Source: Lytechinus pictus (lineage: Eukaryota). From it: a stretch of 64,000 nucleotides of DNA. The translations under genes and the position numbers were made by a program. The notes beneath the pieces are model-generated. The model was not told the DNA's origin, did not search any database, and saw only the letters and a program-made list of their open reading frames with translations. How positions within the stretch are numbered: the first letter of the stretch is position 1; the number at the start of each line of letters is the position of its first letter. The stretch lies in NCBI RefSeq assembly GCF_037042905.1, contig NC_087249.1, positions 44,888,001 through 44,952,000 on the forward strand, read 5' to 3'. Below, piece by piece: positions 12,101-25,400 of the stretch.

Positions 12101-13767
12101 TCAGTTTCCACATCTCATGACTACACGCTTCTATTTGTGCTCTAAAAATTCTAGTAAAATTCTAGTTCATTTGTTCTGGCATTTGCTAGAGCCACTTCTC
12201 ACGTCGGTCATATTTTTCATTTTTATGTGTGCACTATTTTTTTTTTTTTCATGTTTGCTGTTGTATTTGAATGCAAATTCACTTCTAGTACTTGCTTCCA
12301 TCCTATTGCTTAAAAAATACTACTTGAGAGAAAAAAAATCTTATAAAAAAAAGGTTGTGAACTTTCTAAGCTCTATTTTATCTGATAATGTTGTATATGG
12401 TGGAACAAATTGAGTAAACAGACGATTATATGGGATTGATCAAGAAAGATTGGTTGGCTAATTCAAAATCGATTTGATTGAATTCATTTACTTTCCTGAA
12501 AATGGTAATTCATATCAATGTTTCATTGTAGCCTTTTATTTACCATATTTAGTTTGATGGTAAACATAATGAATATATGTAAATATAATAAAAAAAAATC
12601 ACACAGTTGTCCTGCCTCTTTTGTTGAATTTCAAAGTTATGTACGTCTTGTGGAAAGAAGAGAAAATCCCCAGTGCGTTGTGAGATTTGTCTATTCTAGA
12701 TGTTTATATTGCGAGAATTGTTGTCATTCATTAACCACTCGCCGCCTGGTTGTAGAGAGTTAAAGGGCAGATCCATGTGGGGGGGGGGGGGTGCACTGTG
12801 TAAAATTCAACTCGTGTGAAGGGTTTGCGCAGCAGACTAGGGCATGGCCTTGGATGAAACTTAAAATTTCACTCTGGAATTGCATTTTTGAAATTCTAAT
12901 TCAGGGATTCTCAAATGGTGGCGCGCACGCCACTTGTGGCGCACCGACCCTTGCAGTGTGGCGCGTCGGAGCCGGCATAGAAAAAGAAAAAAACATGAGA
13001 AAATAAAGTTTGATAAACTATTAATCTGGAATTGAGGTTTGATCATTTTATTACAAAGGGAAAATAAAAACTCAATTTAAATGCTTATTGATTTCCTCTG
13101 ATTTTGTGTAACCTAGCATTCGATAACCCCTATTATGGAGGATCAATAGTATGATAATAATCATATATACGTTTTATTTCCTCAGGGTAGCCTTTTCGGT
13201 AAGGGAACTACTGCAGGCCCTGCATTTCCATGTATATGTTATTACTACCCTTCTCCAATCTAAATGCTGAGCACCAAGCAAGGGGCAGAAGTTTCCATTC
13301 CTATATATTTTTTGTTCATGTGACTGACGCTCTACCACTGATCACCATACCCGGTTTGCTTTTCAAGCACGAACCTCATCAAGAACAAATACAGAAACAT
13401 AACATTAATTTGAGCAAGTCACTTATTAAAAAAAGACAAATTGTGTAGTATGTTGGTATTCTGATATCTTCTGTTGATTTAGAACCCCTCTCGGCCATTT
13501 AAAAGGTTTCAGGTGGTCCTGTACGTATTCCCCCCCACACACACACCACAAAATTTAGCTCGTTCCCGTGTTAGATAGTGGAGCAGTCCAGATTCTCAAC
13601 AAGAAATTTTGAGCTTCAACAAAAGTAATTGAGAATAGCTGTTCTAATTTCATTCATTTGTTTCTCTTATTCTCTAATAATGTTTGATGACTTGCCTTGA
13701 ATGGATGCAGGTTCAGAATTATGTGAAGATGAGGATTGAGGTTAAAGTTACGTTTGCAGTTCCATCT

Positions 13768-14349
13768 AGTCCACCCCAGCAAAATGTTGATTTGAATAAA
13801 TAGAGAAAAATCAAACTAGCATAACGCTGAAAATTTCATCAAAATCGGATGGAAAATAAGTTATGACATTTTAAAGTTTCCCAAATTTTCACAAAACAGT
13901 GATATGCACAAATCAGTGACATGCAAATGAGTCAGTCGATGACGTCCATCACTCACTATTTCTTTTATTTTTTATTGTTTGAATTATACAATATTTCATT
14001 TTTACAGATTTGACCATAGGGACCGACTTTACTGAATCATATAGCATTAAACAATGCTAATTCCACATGTTCAGGGAGGAATTAATCGTTGTATCACTTG
14101 ACAATGAGGAGAAAATTAGAATATGTCATATAATAAAATACAAAAGAAATAGTGAGTGGATGACGTCATTACTCTCCTCATTTGCATACCAACCAGGATG
14201 TGCATATAACTGTTTTGTGAAATTAAGCGAAACTTTAAAATGTCATAACTCTTATTTTACATCCGATTTTGATGAAATTTTCAGTGCTGTGCTTGTTGGA
14301 TTTTTCTCTTTATATTCAAATCAATTTTTTGTTGGGGTGGACTTGTCCT
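13768..14349. mobile_element. Kolobok-like TTAA-flanked foldback MITE (left end degraded)
   Basis: Long inverted arms; right end GGGGTGGACTTGTCCT|TTAA; second copy at 29187-29782. Confidence 0.7.
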
Positions 14350-14913
14350 TTAACAAGTGGACTCTTGGAGAAAATCTGCCTTTCCCTGACATAGAAGCAT
14401 CTCCGTGGAATGAGTTTCTTATCAAATTAGGACAATTGATTTATGTGTAAATATATACAGCGACTTGCTTCTGAAACATCTTTCAAAATTTTGGAGATGT
14501 GAGAATTCAATACCTTTAGCATCATATAGAGCATACAGAAATATGACAAATTAAGGAAATAAAAAGTTCCTTTTGTCAGTGGACAACAGAAATTTCATAG
14601 AACAATCAAACCAATCATATATATATGACACAAAATAATAACTTCTGAAAATGAAACAAACATGACACACAAAATTGTAAAAAAGAAACGTGGATAGCAC
14701 AAATGTGTGCTAAACTTTAATACTCGTGTGTTTCACATGGATTAATTTTTTCTTCTCACGTTAAACCTTTGAGTACCATTAACACGCGACATGTTAAGCT
14801 GAAATGAAATAATTTGTGCGAAAGATTGAAGTTTCTAGACAAGGTATCTTGTACAAGAAATTACAAAAAAGGGACTGAGCATCAAATTTCAAGTTTTTGT
14901 TACGCTCAGTCCT

Positions 14914-15071
14914 GGGGCCTGTTTCATAAAGGACTTGCAACTGTTGTAACTTTGCCATAATGGCAACTACCATGGTAACAGGGCTCAGCAGCCAATCAGA
15001 ATCAAGGTTACCATGGTCGTTTGCATAATGGCCAAGTTACAACAGTTGCAAGTCCTTTATGAAACGGGCCC
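14914..15071. mobile_element. Short palindromic MITE, GGGGCCYGTTTCATAAAG family (Harbinger-like)
   Basis: TIR GGGGCCTGTTTCATAAAGGACTTGCAACTGTTGTAACTT; relatives at about 6902-7062, 11775-11895, 26770-26925, 44507-44666, 48435-48570, 51466-51606, 53511-53670, 60031-60200, 60328-60454. Confidence 0.75.
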
Positions 15072-15477
15072 TTGATATGACCCCAAGTTGGTATATAACC
15101 TATTACATAGGAAACATTGTATGTCCAAGTTAACCAGGCATAGTGACTGAACTTACGAACACAAAATATACTCTCTGTTCTGTGCGATTGGCTGAACTCT
15201 TCCATGGCAACATTAATGGCCATTGCATATGTAAAAAAAAATACCATATACCGGGATTGTACCTTTTCTTCAATTAAAAAAAACATCTTAATACTGACAA
15301 AATGTCGTCTATATTCCAAAGCTGCATGGATGTGAAACAACTGCATATTTGGTTTGGACAGCACCTCTATAATGCCCATTCATAAATCCACATTGCTACA
15401 TAGTTGAACTTTATCATAAAACAGCACAGCATAGGTTGTATCGCAAGCGATTGTGTTAAAGGACCCTGGTAGTGTTA

Positions 15478-15575
15478 GACGGAGTTGGTTAGAAGTCAGG
15501 ATGGAGTAAATGCTTGTTTAAATGATGACGGAGTTGGTTAGAAGTCAGGATGGAGTAAATGCTTGTTTAAATGAT
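15478..15575. repeat. Perfect 49-bp tandem duplication
   Basis: GACGGAGTTGGTTAGAAGTCAGGATGGAGTAAATGCTTGTTTAAATGAT x2. Confidence 0.9.
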
Positions 15576-15578
15576 ATA

Positions 15579-16402
15579 CAGTGCGTCCCAGAAAAAGCGA
15601 AACCGAGATTTAGCGATGATTTATTATAACTTAATCATAAATACAATAGACAAATGACCTACCAGCGTAAAGCTTAGAATCTCCTCTTTCATCTGATACC
15701 AATTAGATTATTCCTCATTCACGCATGAGTGAGCAAAAACAATTCGAAGAAAGGATGCCAAAAATTCATTTGGCGGGGCGTATCTGAATTTCAAAAAGAA
15801 AGTCACATGACTAAAAAGTTCAATATCTGCTCTTTTATTTGATACCTTAATCACAGAAAATGGTCAAGAAATAAGAAAGTTCTGGTTATTTGAAACAAGG
15901 CTTGATTTTCAATAAATTCATGAAATTAAGATGTTTTACAGGCTAGCGTCCAGACTCACTCGACGCTCCGTTTTGTTGACGATCAGCCATGCATTTAGTC
16001 TTTTGTTATACCGTTCGATAGCTTAGTGGTAAACCGGTGAAAACACGTTTATTTATTGAAATTATGGAAATACAAGCATTGTTTCAAGGGATCATAACTT
16101 TTTTACTTCTGGACCATTTTTTGTGATTAAGGTATCAAATGAAAGAGCAGATATTGAACTTTTTAGGCATGTGATTATCTGTTTGAAATTCAGATACCCC
16201 CCGCCAAATGAGTTTTTGGTATCCTTTATTCAAATTGTTTTTGCTCACTCATGCGTGAATGAAAAATAATCTAAGTAATATCAGATGAAAGAGGAGATTC
16301 TAAGCTTTACATTGATTGATAGGTCATTTGTATAATGTGTTTATGATTAAGTTATGATAAATCATCGCTAAATCTCGGTTTCGTTTATTCTGGGACGCAC
16401 TG
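15579..16402. mobile_element. Tc1/mariner-like foldback MITE with arms of about 330 bp
   Basis: TA|CAGTGCGTCCCA...TGGGACGCACTG|TA; second copy, in the opposite orientation, at 25322-26140. Confidence 0.85.
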
Positions 16403-17957
16403 TACATCAAAGCTGTGGTCCCAGTTTTCTGCACTACAGAAAAAAGAAAAATCTCACATAATTTTAGAACAAAGAATCCTCCGTACTACATGGAAAAGGC
16501 AATTTTTCAGTCCCCCAAAATATCAACAAAAATACAGTGAAAAAAATGAAAATCAAAGCAAATAAAAAAACAAAAAGACAAATTTTGCCGATCATTCATT
16601 TTTCCAAGATTTTTGCTATTCATAATTGATTTTTGAACATGATACCGAAGAGCACAGTTGAAATTGTTGTAATGAAAAACGGGGGGGGGGGGGGGGGGGG
16701 GGTGTGGGTGTAATATATGCAAATAATTTATTTTACAAATAAATTTGCAAATTTTATTCGTAATTATAATTCAGGATTTTTTTAAATACTGGCTTGTAGT
16801 TTATATCAGTAATGGATGTGCATGTCAAATCGCGAGAATGGCAGCCGAGATCAGATGTTTGGGTAGTTATTTTTTGGTTTATGGCAAGTAAGAGCATTAA
16901 AAAGTATAACCTGAAAATGTAACTGATCATGAGATTTGAAGAAACATCTCTCATCTGGTATGTTCAATGATAAATTAATGGCTTGGTGCATTAAGAATAC
17001 CGACATATTCATGAAGTACAATCAGTGAAGGGGAAAATAACAGACAAACTAATTCAGGTAACTTTGTCTCAATTTCTCGAATCAAACCTTGACATAATAC
17101 AAATCTGTGTATTCAAAAAGAAAATTTTGAACAAACTCATAAATTTCTTTCTTTACACTTTAAAGGTTGTCTTCATTTATGTGGTGAGACATTGCAAATA
17201 GTTGTCCATGTTGAATCAATCAAAAAGCGTCAATGGAGTAAGAAAATACATGTACCTACATATTTTAATGATAACAAACCTATATCTTAGGACAAAGAAA
17301 CTGGGGAACAATATAAAACAAATAAAAACAATTGTATCTTCTTTGAATGTTTCATCTTCACAAAAATGCCCTGCACAAAACGTGCCATGCACAATATAGA
17401 TTGCATATAGTTATCCCTGTTGAATAAAAATTGGCAGAGGGTTCAACTAAACACCTACAAAATTAGGTGTTACTTTTGCATGAAAGCCCTTAATCTGTAG
17501 GATAAAGAAAACTGAAAAAGAAAAATTGATCTTCTTTCTTGGAAGAACAAAGCCTTATTTTCACATAACACATGTTTTGCACATTGTAGTTATTCTTGTG
17601 TAATAAACATTGAAATGAGGTTTGATCAAATACCAATAAGACTTGGAGCACATACATGTACATACATACAACCTACATCCTCCCTAGAAAAAAAGGGGGG
17701 AAAGATGTATTTCAGACTACACAGAATAAAACAAACCTGCGCCCCTACCATTGTCAGATCTGAAATTAATGCACCTCTAACTTCAAAATTTTAAGAAAAA
17801 TCTGAAGCACGATGAAGACCAACAATCAACTACAAGTAGACAATCAATTTCATGATTTATGATTGGTTTTATGACATAAGCTATTGTAATTTTCTTGCTG
17901 CACCTCCTACGGTGATGATAATGTGGCCCAGCAAACCACCCCCCCCCCCAGGATGTA

Positions 17958-19445
17958 TCAAAAAGCCCAATTAGTGTTGACTTCGTCTTCATTTTGCGGA
18001 GTGGAAGCCCTTGATGCATTTCCAGACCCGATTCTGTCCTCCGACTCGGACCCGACAGAAGATTCATCGTCGTCATCGCCTTGAGGTAAAGTGGCCTCTG
18101 ACACCTTCACCGATTCAACTTCTTCTTTCTCAGATCTCAGAGTTGATACCTCATTTGATTCATCACCATGATTTGGTGACGGGGAAACCCTTTCAGCAGA
18201 CCCTAAAGTTTCTGAAGCCAAATCATCCTGATCGCAAGTTGCAAAAGCTACAGACACAGGGTTTGGTTCCTCTGAACTACACCCACCCGATGCAGCACTC
18301 TCGTCATCACCCTTTTGGGACTGAGAATCTCCCAACATATTCCCTGAGGTGAGTGTCTCCTTGGCTTGGGACCTACTCGGAGACACATCTTCACGCTGTT
18401 TGTCTTCATTGTCTCTTTCTCCAGATTTAGACCGAATGGGTGATTCATGTACACTGTCAACTTCATTGTCGAATGGGGGTTCAGAAGCTCTGGAATCATC
18501 TCTTGATCTCTCCCTAGACTCTGACCTATGTCCAGATCTGCTCCGAGAGCCATCTCTTGATCTGGACTTTTCTTTTGACTTGGATCTCTTTATATCTCCA
18601 GACTTGGACCTGTCTATGGACCTTGATCTATGCTTTGACTTTGATTTCTTTTTTAACTTAGATTTCTTCTTAGCTTTAGATTTAGACTTGACACTTGACC
18701 TACTTCTGGCTTTGTCTTGGTCCCGACTCTGAGATCTTGAATGAGATTTTTCCTCAGATTCTGACCTTGATCTTTCACGTGTCTTAGATCTTGACCTCTC
18801 TCTTGATCTAGATCTGCTGCTAGATCTAGACCTAGATCTAGTCCTATATCTTTCCCTCTTCCATTTTCTGGAGCTAGACCTTGGCTCAGACCTTTCTCTT
18901 GATCTAGATCTTGTTCTTGACCTTGTCCGTGACCTACTCCTTGATCTAGTCCTAGATCGAGACCTTGATCTTGTCCTTGACCTCGTCCTGTATCTAGATC
19001 TAGACCTACTCCTAGACCTACTTTTTGTTCTATTCCTACTTCTAGATCTTGACCTGGACCTGTAACGGTCCCTTCCCCGATGTGAATGATCCCTATCTTT
19101 CCAATTCTGATACTGTCTCTTTTTCAGTGTGAATGTTCCATATGGTGAGCGGAAGCTCCCAAACCGTCTTTGCTGGTTTCTGTTCTGGTAGTACGAGTGA
19201 CTGGCCATATTCCGATGGTACGCTGCAAGCTGCCTCTGGTAGATGGCCAAACTGCGATGATACTCCTCAAGCCTTTGCAAAGCCTCTGGTGATATCATCT
19301 GTGTTTGGATGGTGTATGGTTGTTCCGGTGTGGTAGGACGGTGACTCGACGAAGATGCCGTAACGATGCTGGACCTCAGTCTTGTTTTGGTCAGTTGCTT
19401 CCTGAGTTTTTCACGTTTTTCCTCTTGAGCTTTCTCTTCTTTGGT
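17958..19445 (-). CDS. AKAP17A: AKAP17A last exon with Arg/Ser-rich domain and acidic tail
   Basis: Acceptor aaacag| at 19445 is in frame with the 446-aa RS-repeat ORF. Confidence 0.88.
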   Translation of the reverse strand, partial: TKEEKAQEEKREKLRKQLTKTRLRSSIVTASSSSHRPTTPEQPYTIQTQMISPEALQRLEEYHRSLAIYQRQLAAYHRNMASHSYYQNRNQQRRFGSFRSPYGTFTLKKRQYQNWKDRDHSHRGRDRYRSRSRSRSRNRTKSRSRSRSRSRYRTRSRTRSRSRSRTRSRSRSRTRSRTRSRSRERSEPRSSSRKWKRERYRTRSRSRSSSRSRSRERSRSKTRERSRSESEEKSHSRSQSRDQDKARSRSSVKSKSKAKKKSKLKKKSKSKHRSRSIDRSKSGDIKRSKSKEKSRSRDGSRSRSGHRSESRERSRDDSRASEPPFDNEVDSVHESPIRSKSGERDNEDKQREDVSPSRSQAKETLTSGNMLGDSQSQKGDDESAASGGCSSEEPNPVSVAFATCDQDDLASETLGSAERVSPSPNHGDESNEVSTLRSEKEEVESVKVSEATLPQGDDDDESSVGSESEDRIGSGNASRASTPQNEDEVNTNWAF

Positions 19446-22400
19446 CTGTTTCCATGGAAATAAGGCAAAACAATAAAAATACTTTCAGCATTCACCAACT
19501 ATAAAGCATAAATTCACGCAAAAATATCAGGATCCTGTAACATGAAGCTTAGCAATTGAAAACAGAGTTGACTTACTACTTGATTGTATACATGACAAGG
19601 TATGGACCGTAAGATTTGAACTGATTTCAGTTAGAAGACATCAAGAGTGGTTTTGGTCAGAATGGTCAAATTCCAGTTTTTAGTATTTTCTGAAAGAGTA
19701 TACTTTTTTTCTATGCACTATAAAAATGGATGTATTGAACAAACATAATAGCTTGTTTTGAGAGTTAGACCCAAGGAATGCCTCTGGCCGTCTCACCTGC
19801 ATCACGCGATTCAATATAGCAGCAGTGCTGATTTTGAAAACTACTATAACTCGCACAAGATGTTCAGTGATACTTGGTTACTCTTATTTCCACGTTTTAT
19901 GAACTAGACCAATACACTTATAGAGATATGATGGCAATTCAACAAATACCCCCAACGTGGCCAAAGTTCTTTGACCTTACATGACCTTTGACCTTGATCA
20001 TGTGACCTGAAACTCGCACAGGATGTTCAGTGATACTTGATTACTATTATGTCCAAGTTTTATGAACTAGACCAACACACTTTCAAATTTATGGCTGTAA
20101 TTCAACAAATACCCCAATTTGGCCAAAGTTCATTGACCCTAAATGACCTTTGACCTTGATCATGTGACCTGAAACTTGCACAGGATGTTCAGTAATACTT
20201 GATTACTATTATGTCCAAGTTTCATGAATCAGATCCATAAACTTTCAAAGTTATGATGGTAATTCAACAGATACCCCCAATTCGGCCAAAGTTCATTGAC
20301 CCTAAATGACCTTTGACCTTGGTCATGTGACGTGAAACTCATGCAGGATGTTCAGTGATACTTGATTAACCTTATGTATAAGTTTCATGAACTAGGTCCA
20401 TATATTTTCTAAGTTATGATGACATTTCAAAAACTTAACCTTAGGTTAAGATTTTGATGTTGATTCCCCCAACATGGTCTAAGTTCATTGACCCTAAATG
20501 ACCTTTGACCTTGGTCATGTGACATGAAACTCAGGCAGGATGTTCAGTAATACTTGATTAACCTTATGGCCAAGTTTCATGAACTAGGTCCATATACTTT
20601 CTAAGTTATGCTGTCATTTCAAAAACTTAACCTCAGGTTAAGATTTGGTGTTGACGCCGCCGCCGCCGCCGTCGGAAAAGCGGCGCCTATAGTCTCACTC
20701 TGCTATGCAGGTGAGACAAAAAATTACGTTATTCTCTTCCTGAAACCTATGTATTCCCGTTATTTTTAACCCCCATATATTAAAATGGTTTAGATCTTCC
20801 ATTAATACTTCTTTAATTATAAACAGGAAACATGCTTAATTAGTGTGACAACTTTAGAGTGAATGTGAGGATCCCTTCTAGGGAATCTTTATTAAGGTCT
20901 CACCCTATTTTTGTCACCTTTGCACAATAGTTTGAGAGTAAGTATGCTCAATACCCTTGTTAGTTTTTGATTACCCCTTATTTCTTAAAAGTAGCATTCC
21001 ATTTTAGGAAATGTTTTTTCTTTGTAATGAGGGCTAGGTTCATCCAATAATAGTGTTATGTATCATTTTAATGCTGAGAATCTCTTTTTCAAAACAGATA
21101 TTTAGCTGAAAATTAATTTTGATGGCATAAAGTGAGATAAGAGTTTATTTCTCACCTTCAAAGCGTTGATAATCTTAGATCGGAGTTTCTTTTCCTTGTG
21201 CCTGAGTTGTTTTTCCTTCCGTGCTTCTGCCCTCTTTTTCTTTCGCTCCTCCGCTTCTTTCTGTTCTTTCTCTCTCTGTAGCTGCTCCTGTCGAGCCTTC
21301 TCGAGTTCATACAGCTTTTGCGCTACCTCTTCTTCCTGCCTCAGGGCCTACATGTACATACAAAGAGATAACAACGATATGAATTTAAATGATAAACTTT
21401 AAATTGTTCTGGGGTGTTTCATAAAGATTTAAGTGTGATTATAGTCACTATATATCCAGTTGCGTACGGTATATATCACTGCATTGGTTACATCACAGGA
21501 AATAATTTTCCTGGTATCACATTGCAATTTGCTCCACATTTTTGAAAGACTGCTATGTATAAAGTCTTTTGTATAGCATATTTTTACATAGGACTGTACA
21601 TTACTTAGTTAAGAGCTTTTCTCTTACGACCAAAAATGCTATTCATATTTGAAAAGCAAAATTATTCCCTGCATCATATTAAAAAGGCGCTTGCTACTGC
21701 ACATTAAATACTATGTGTGTCAACATTTAAGCACCACTTAAAATCACACTTAAATCTTTTTGAAACACCTGACGCTTTATAGTTTGATTGTGGAAGAAAC
21801 TGTCTAAATTCAAAGGCCCGAATTCACAAAGGTGATTTTGAAAACCCATGGTTGAATCCATGGTTTATGCAGATTTCCTGTATAAATTACGCTTAATTTA
21901 GCGCGTATCGGGTGCGTGTATAAGAAATGTCCAATGCTGATGCACGCTTTTGTCGCAGTGCGCCAAATTGACGCCTGTTACCATGGTTAGATATGCTATT
22001 TTATTAATGAGTCCACTGTTTGAAGAGTGGACTCATTATTTCAAAACAGTGGACTCATTAATAAAATAGCGTGGATAACCACGGTAACAGGCGTCAAGTT
22101 GGCGCACTGTGGCAAAAGCGCCCATCAGCAATAGACATTTTTTAATATACACGGTAAATTAAGCGTAATTTATACATGAAATCTGCATAAACTATGGACT
22201 CAACCGTGGGTTTTCAAAACCACCTTTGTGAATTCACGCCATTGTGATTTCATGTACACCTGTATTTTATAATGAACCTACAAAGTTGGTCTGCTGTGAA
22301 TTAATGAATTTGTGAAAAATAATATTTACTTGAATGCAATTTTGCAGAGTCTTGAGCACTCAACACAGAAATTAATGTATGAAGATACCAACTTATGCAA

Positions 22401-25400
22401 CAAAACATACAGAATATATGTAGACAGGGCGCGACAAACCCGCTTGCCCGGGGCAAGTGAAAATGACGGGCGGGCAAGCATTTCTCAAAGTCAATTGCCC
22501 GATCGGGCAAGTGGTTGTTTTGAAAATAAAATAATAAAATGTCAGTGATAATCACAACTATCCATGCTATCTCTCATATATTGTCAAACCAGTCAAAAGA
22601 CAGTGGAAACTGATGTAAAATCAGCGCCAAATACAGATAATTTATCGCCAGGTACCTCGTTAGAAGAATCGTGCCATCTCATCTTACGTTCTATGTGCGC
22701 ATGCGCTACTATCTTGCGCAATTTGCCGATGCAACCCCCTTCCAAAAAAAAAAAGAAAAAAAAAAAGGCAAACATGGCTAAAATTTCACATTTTTAATCT
22801 TTAAATACATGAAATGGACGTCTATTTTCCATATTACCTTGAGATTGTTTTTGATCTAGTTGGAAACAACCGAAAAAATGAAGAATATTCAGCTCTTTCT
22901 TGACTCTGATTTTGATGATGTTACACTCGGTAAATGTTTTTTCTTATTGTTGTCCCACATGTAGACTTTCATGGTGTTGAACAAGTGTTAATGTTGCAAC
23001 ACCATGAAAGTCTACAAGTGGGACCACAATATAAAAAAATATTGACCGAGTGTAACATCATAATACGATGATGAAAAGACAAGAGAGAGGTGAATATTCT
23101 TAATTTTCTTGATAGTTTCCAACAAAATCAAAACAATTTCAAGGAAATATGGAAAATAAATGGCATGGATTTAAAGATGCAAAATGTGAAATTTTAGCCA
23201 CTCCAGTTGGTGAAGGCCTTTTTTTTTTTTTTTTTACATCATAAAACGATCTTTTCCAGAATCAACAAAGAGCTGAATATTTTTCATTTTCTTGATAGTT
23301 TCCAACTAAATCAAAACAATTCCCAGGAAATGTGGCAAACAGATGACCATTCATGGATTTAAAAATGCAAAATATGAAATTTTAGCAACTTTTGGGGGAA
23401 GGTTTTTTTTTTTTTTTTTTGTTAACACTTTTTTAACCTTTAACGCCCATTTAGATCTACTAGTACTATAGCAAAAGTTTTTTTTTCTTACAAATAAGCG
23501 TAATGACTCAGGCCTACTTTGCTGAAAATATATAATTATAAATTTGTGTTCTTTACTGTACATGATTCTCAATTGTTTTTATTTTATATGACCTTCATAA
23601 ATAATAATAGTACCGTTGTAAAAAAGAATAATGAAAGAAAATAATAAAACAAATTGGGCAAGCAGTTTTTTCTATCGGGCAAGAAAATATTTTCATCACT
23701 TGCCCTGTCGGGCAAGTGATGAAATTTTTTTTTGTAGAGGCCTGTGTAGAGACAGTGATTTTCCGTTTAAAAAAATGGTATTTTCCGTTTCTAAAAATCT
23801 GTAATTCCGTTTCAACTTGATCTAAAAATTGAAAATTCTGTATTGTCACTGAAAATGTACACAGCAAAAACCTGAATTCCATGAATTTTTACATGAAAAG
23901 TATAAGAACCAAACAGAATTTAACGGAATTTCCGTTTTATTTACCAGTAAAACAGAAAATCACTGTCCCTATATATGGCCTTATTCATAGCAAAAAGGAA
24001 CATGTATGCATGTATGCCAAAAAGGAACGGCTTATTTACAACAAAAGAAAAAAAAAAGGACACATCTGCCTAAAATGAATGGTTGGCGACTTGCCATCTC
24101 TGTGAAGCATGTACCTGAACTTTCTCGAGGAGCACCGTCAGAAGACGGATGGATTCTAGTTTCCTCTGAGCCAAGACAAGCTTCCTTTCCTCCATCATTA
24201 TCTTTCTCTGCAATCTCCTTTCCTCTCTCTTCTGTCTCCGTCTCTCCTCTCGTTCTGTCTGTCGGTTCTTCCTCAGCTGTGCTTTCATCTGCTTTTGCAA
24301 TTGCTTCAGCTTGATCTCCTCCTCCTTCTTCTTCCTAAATGCATGGGTGGATAATTATTTTTCTTGTAAAGTGTTCTCAAACTGATCGAATAAAAGATAA
24401 CAAATTAATGATTGCTTGTTATCCATTATTAGAAGTTAATAATGTGATGCCAAATTTTGTATAAAACAATACTGATCCTGCTTTGAGATATGGCTGGTTA
24501 AATTAACATCATGCTGACCTTGACACCTATAAAGTGAGTGACTAACATGTTTTGGCTCTTTTCAAATGAAATTTGAATACTCTTTTGTTACTCTCCTGTA
24601 CTTTGACACAGTAGGGCAGTAGAATGTGCCCGTTTCCTGATAACACCAATTTCTTCTGATCAATTTCTAAAACAGAATCTTAAATGATTACAAGTTTCCT
24701 GGCCCCCCACCAACCCCCTCCAAAAAACCTTTAAAAACTATTATGAAAACAAAACAACTAAACAAGGGCTCACAAAAATACTTCATTGAAATATAACATA
24801 TGGATTACAGGCAAATAATATATCCATTTATCTTATGTTTTCTATTTTTTCCTACCAACATAGATGAATAAACATTTGATGTACATGTATATAGTGATAT
24901 GTAAATCTTGAGTACTTACCTTTCTTCCTCTTTCTTTCTCTCTTCCTCTTCTTTCTCCAATCTTTTTTGCTCTTCCCTCTTTCTTATCAATTCTATCAAC
25001 TTCTGCCGTTCCTTCTCTCTCTTCTTCATTGATTTTGCACTGAGATGTCTTGTCTTATCAAAGTCCACCTATCAAACAAGAAATGATTCAGTTCATGTAT
25101 ACATTACATATAGCCCGATTTACAAGCAGACATGATTGTTGAAGTGAACAGCATTTTTTTTCAAGATGATAACCTCTCCAAAACTATCGACAAATGAAAC
25201 GATGTTATCAAAACATGAATACACATGATCAGCATGGAATACTGTTTCATTCTTGTGAATTTCAAAGTTATGTAATTTTATTTCTCGACTGAAAGAAGAC
25301 AATGGAGTTTTAAGGCATATACAGTGCGTCCCACAAAAAACGAAACCGTGATTTAGCGATGATTTATCATAACGTCTATAAATACAATAGACAAATGACC

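Larger units (their letters stand above)
5579..12610 (+). other. Putative long LARP1 3'UTR (up to about 7 kb)
   Basis: No credible coding exons and T-rich on +. AATAAA at 12587-12592 is followed by GT/T-rich sequence. The end point is an inference. Confidence 0.35.

Noticed and set aside
18349-18732. Plus-strand LDLDL-rich ORFs
   Set aside because: Antisense shadow of the AKAP17A RS-repeat exon.
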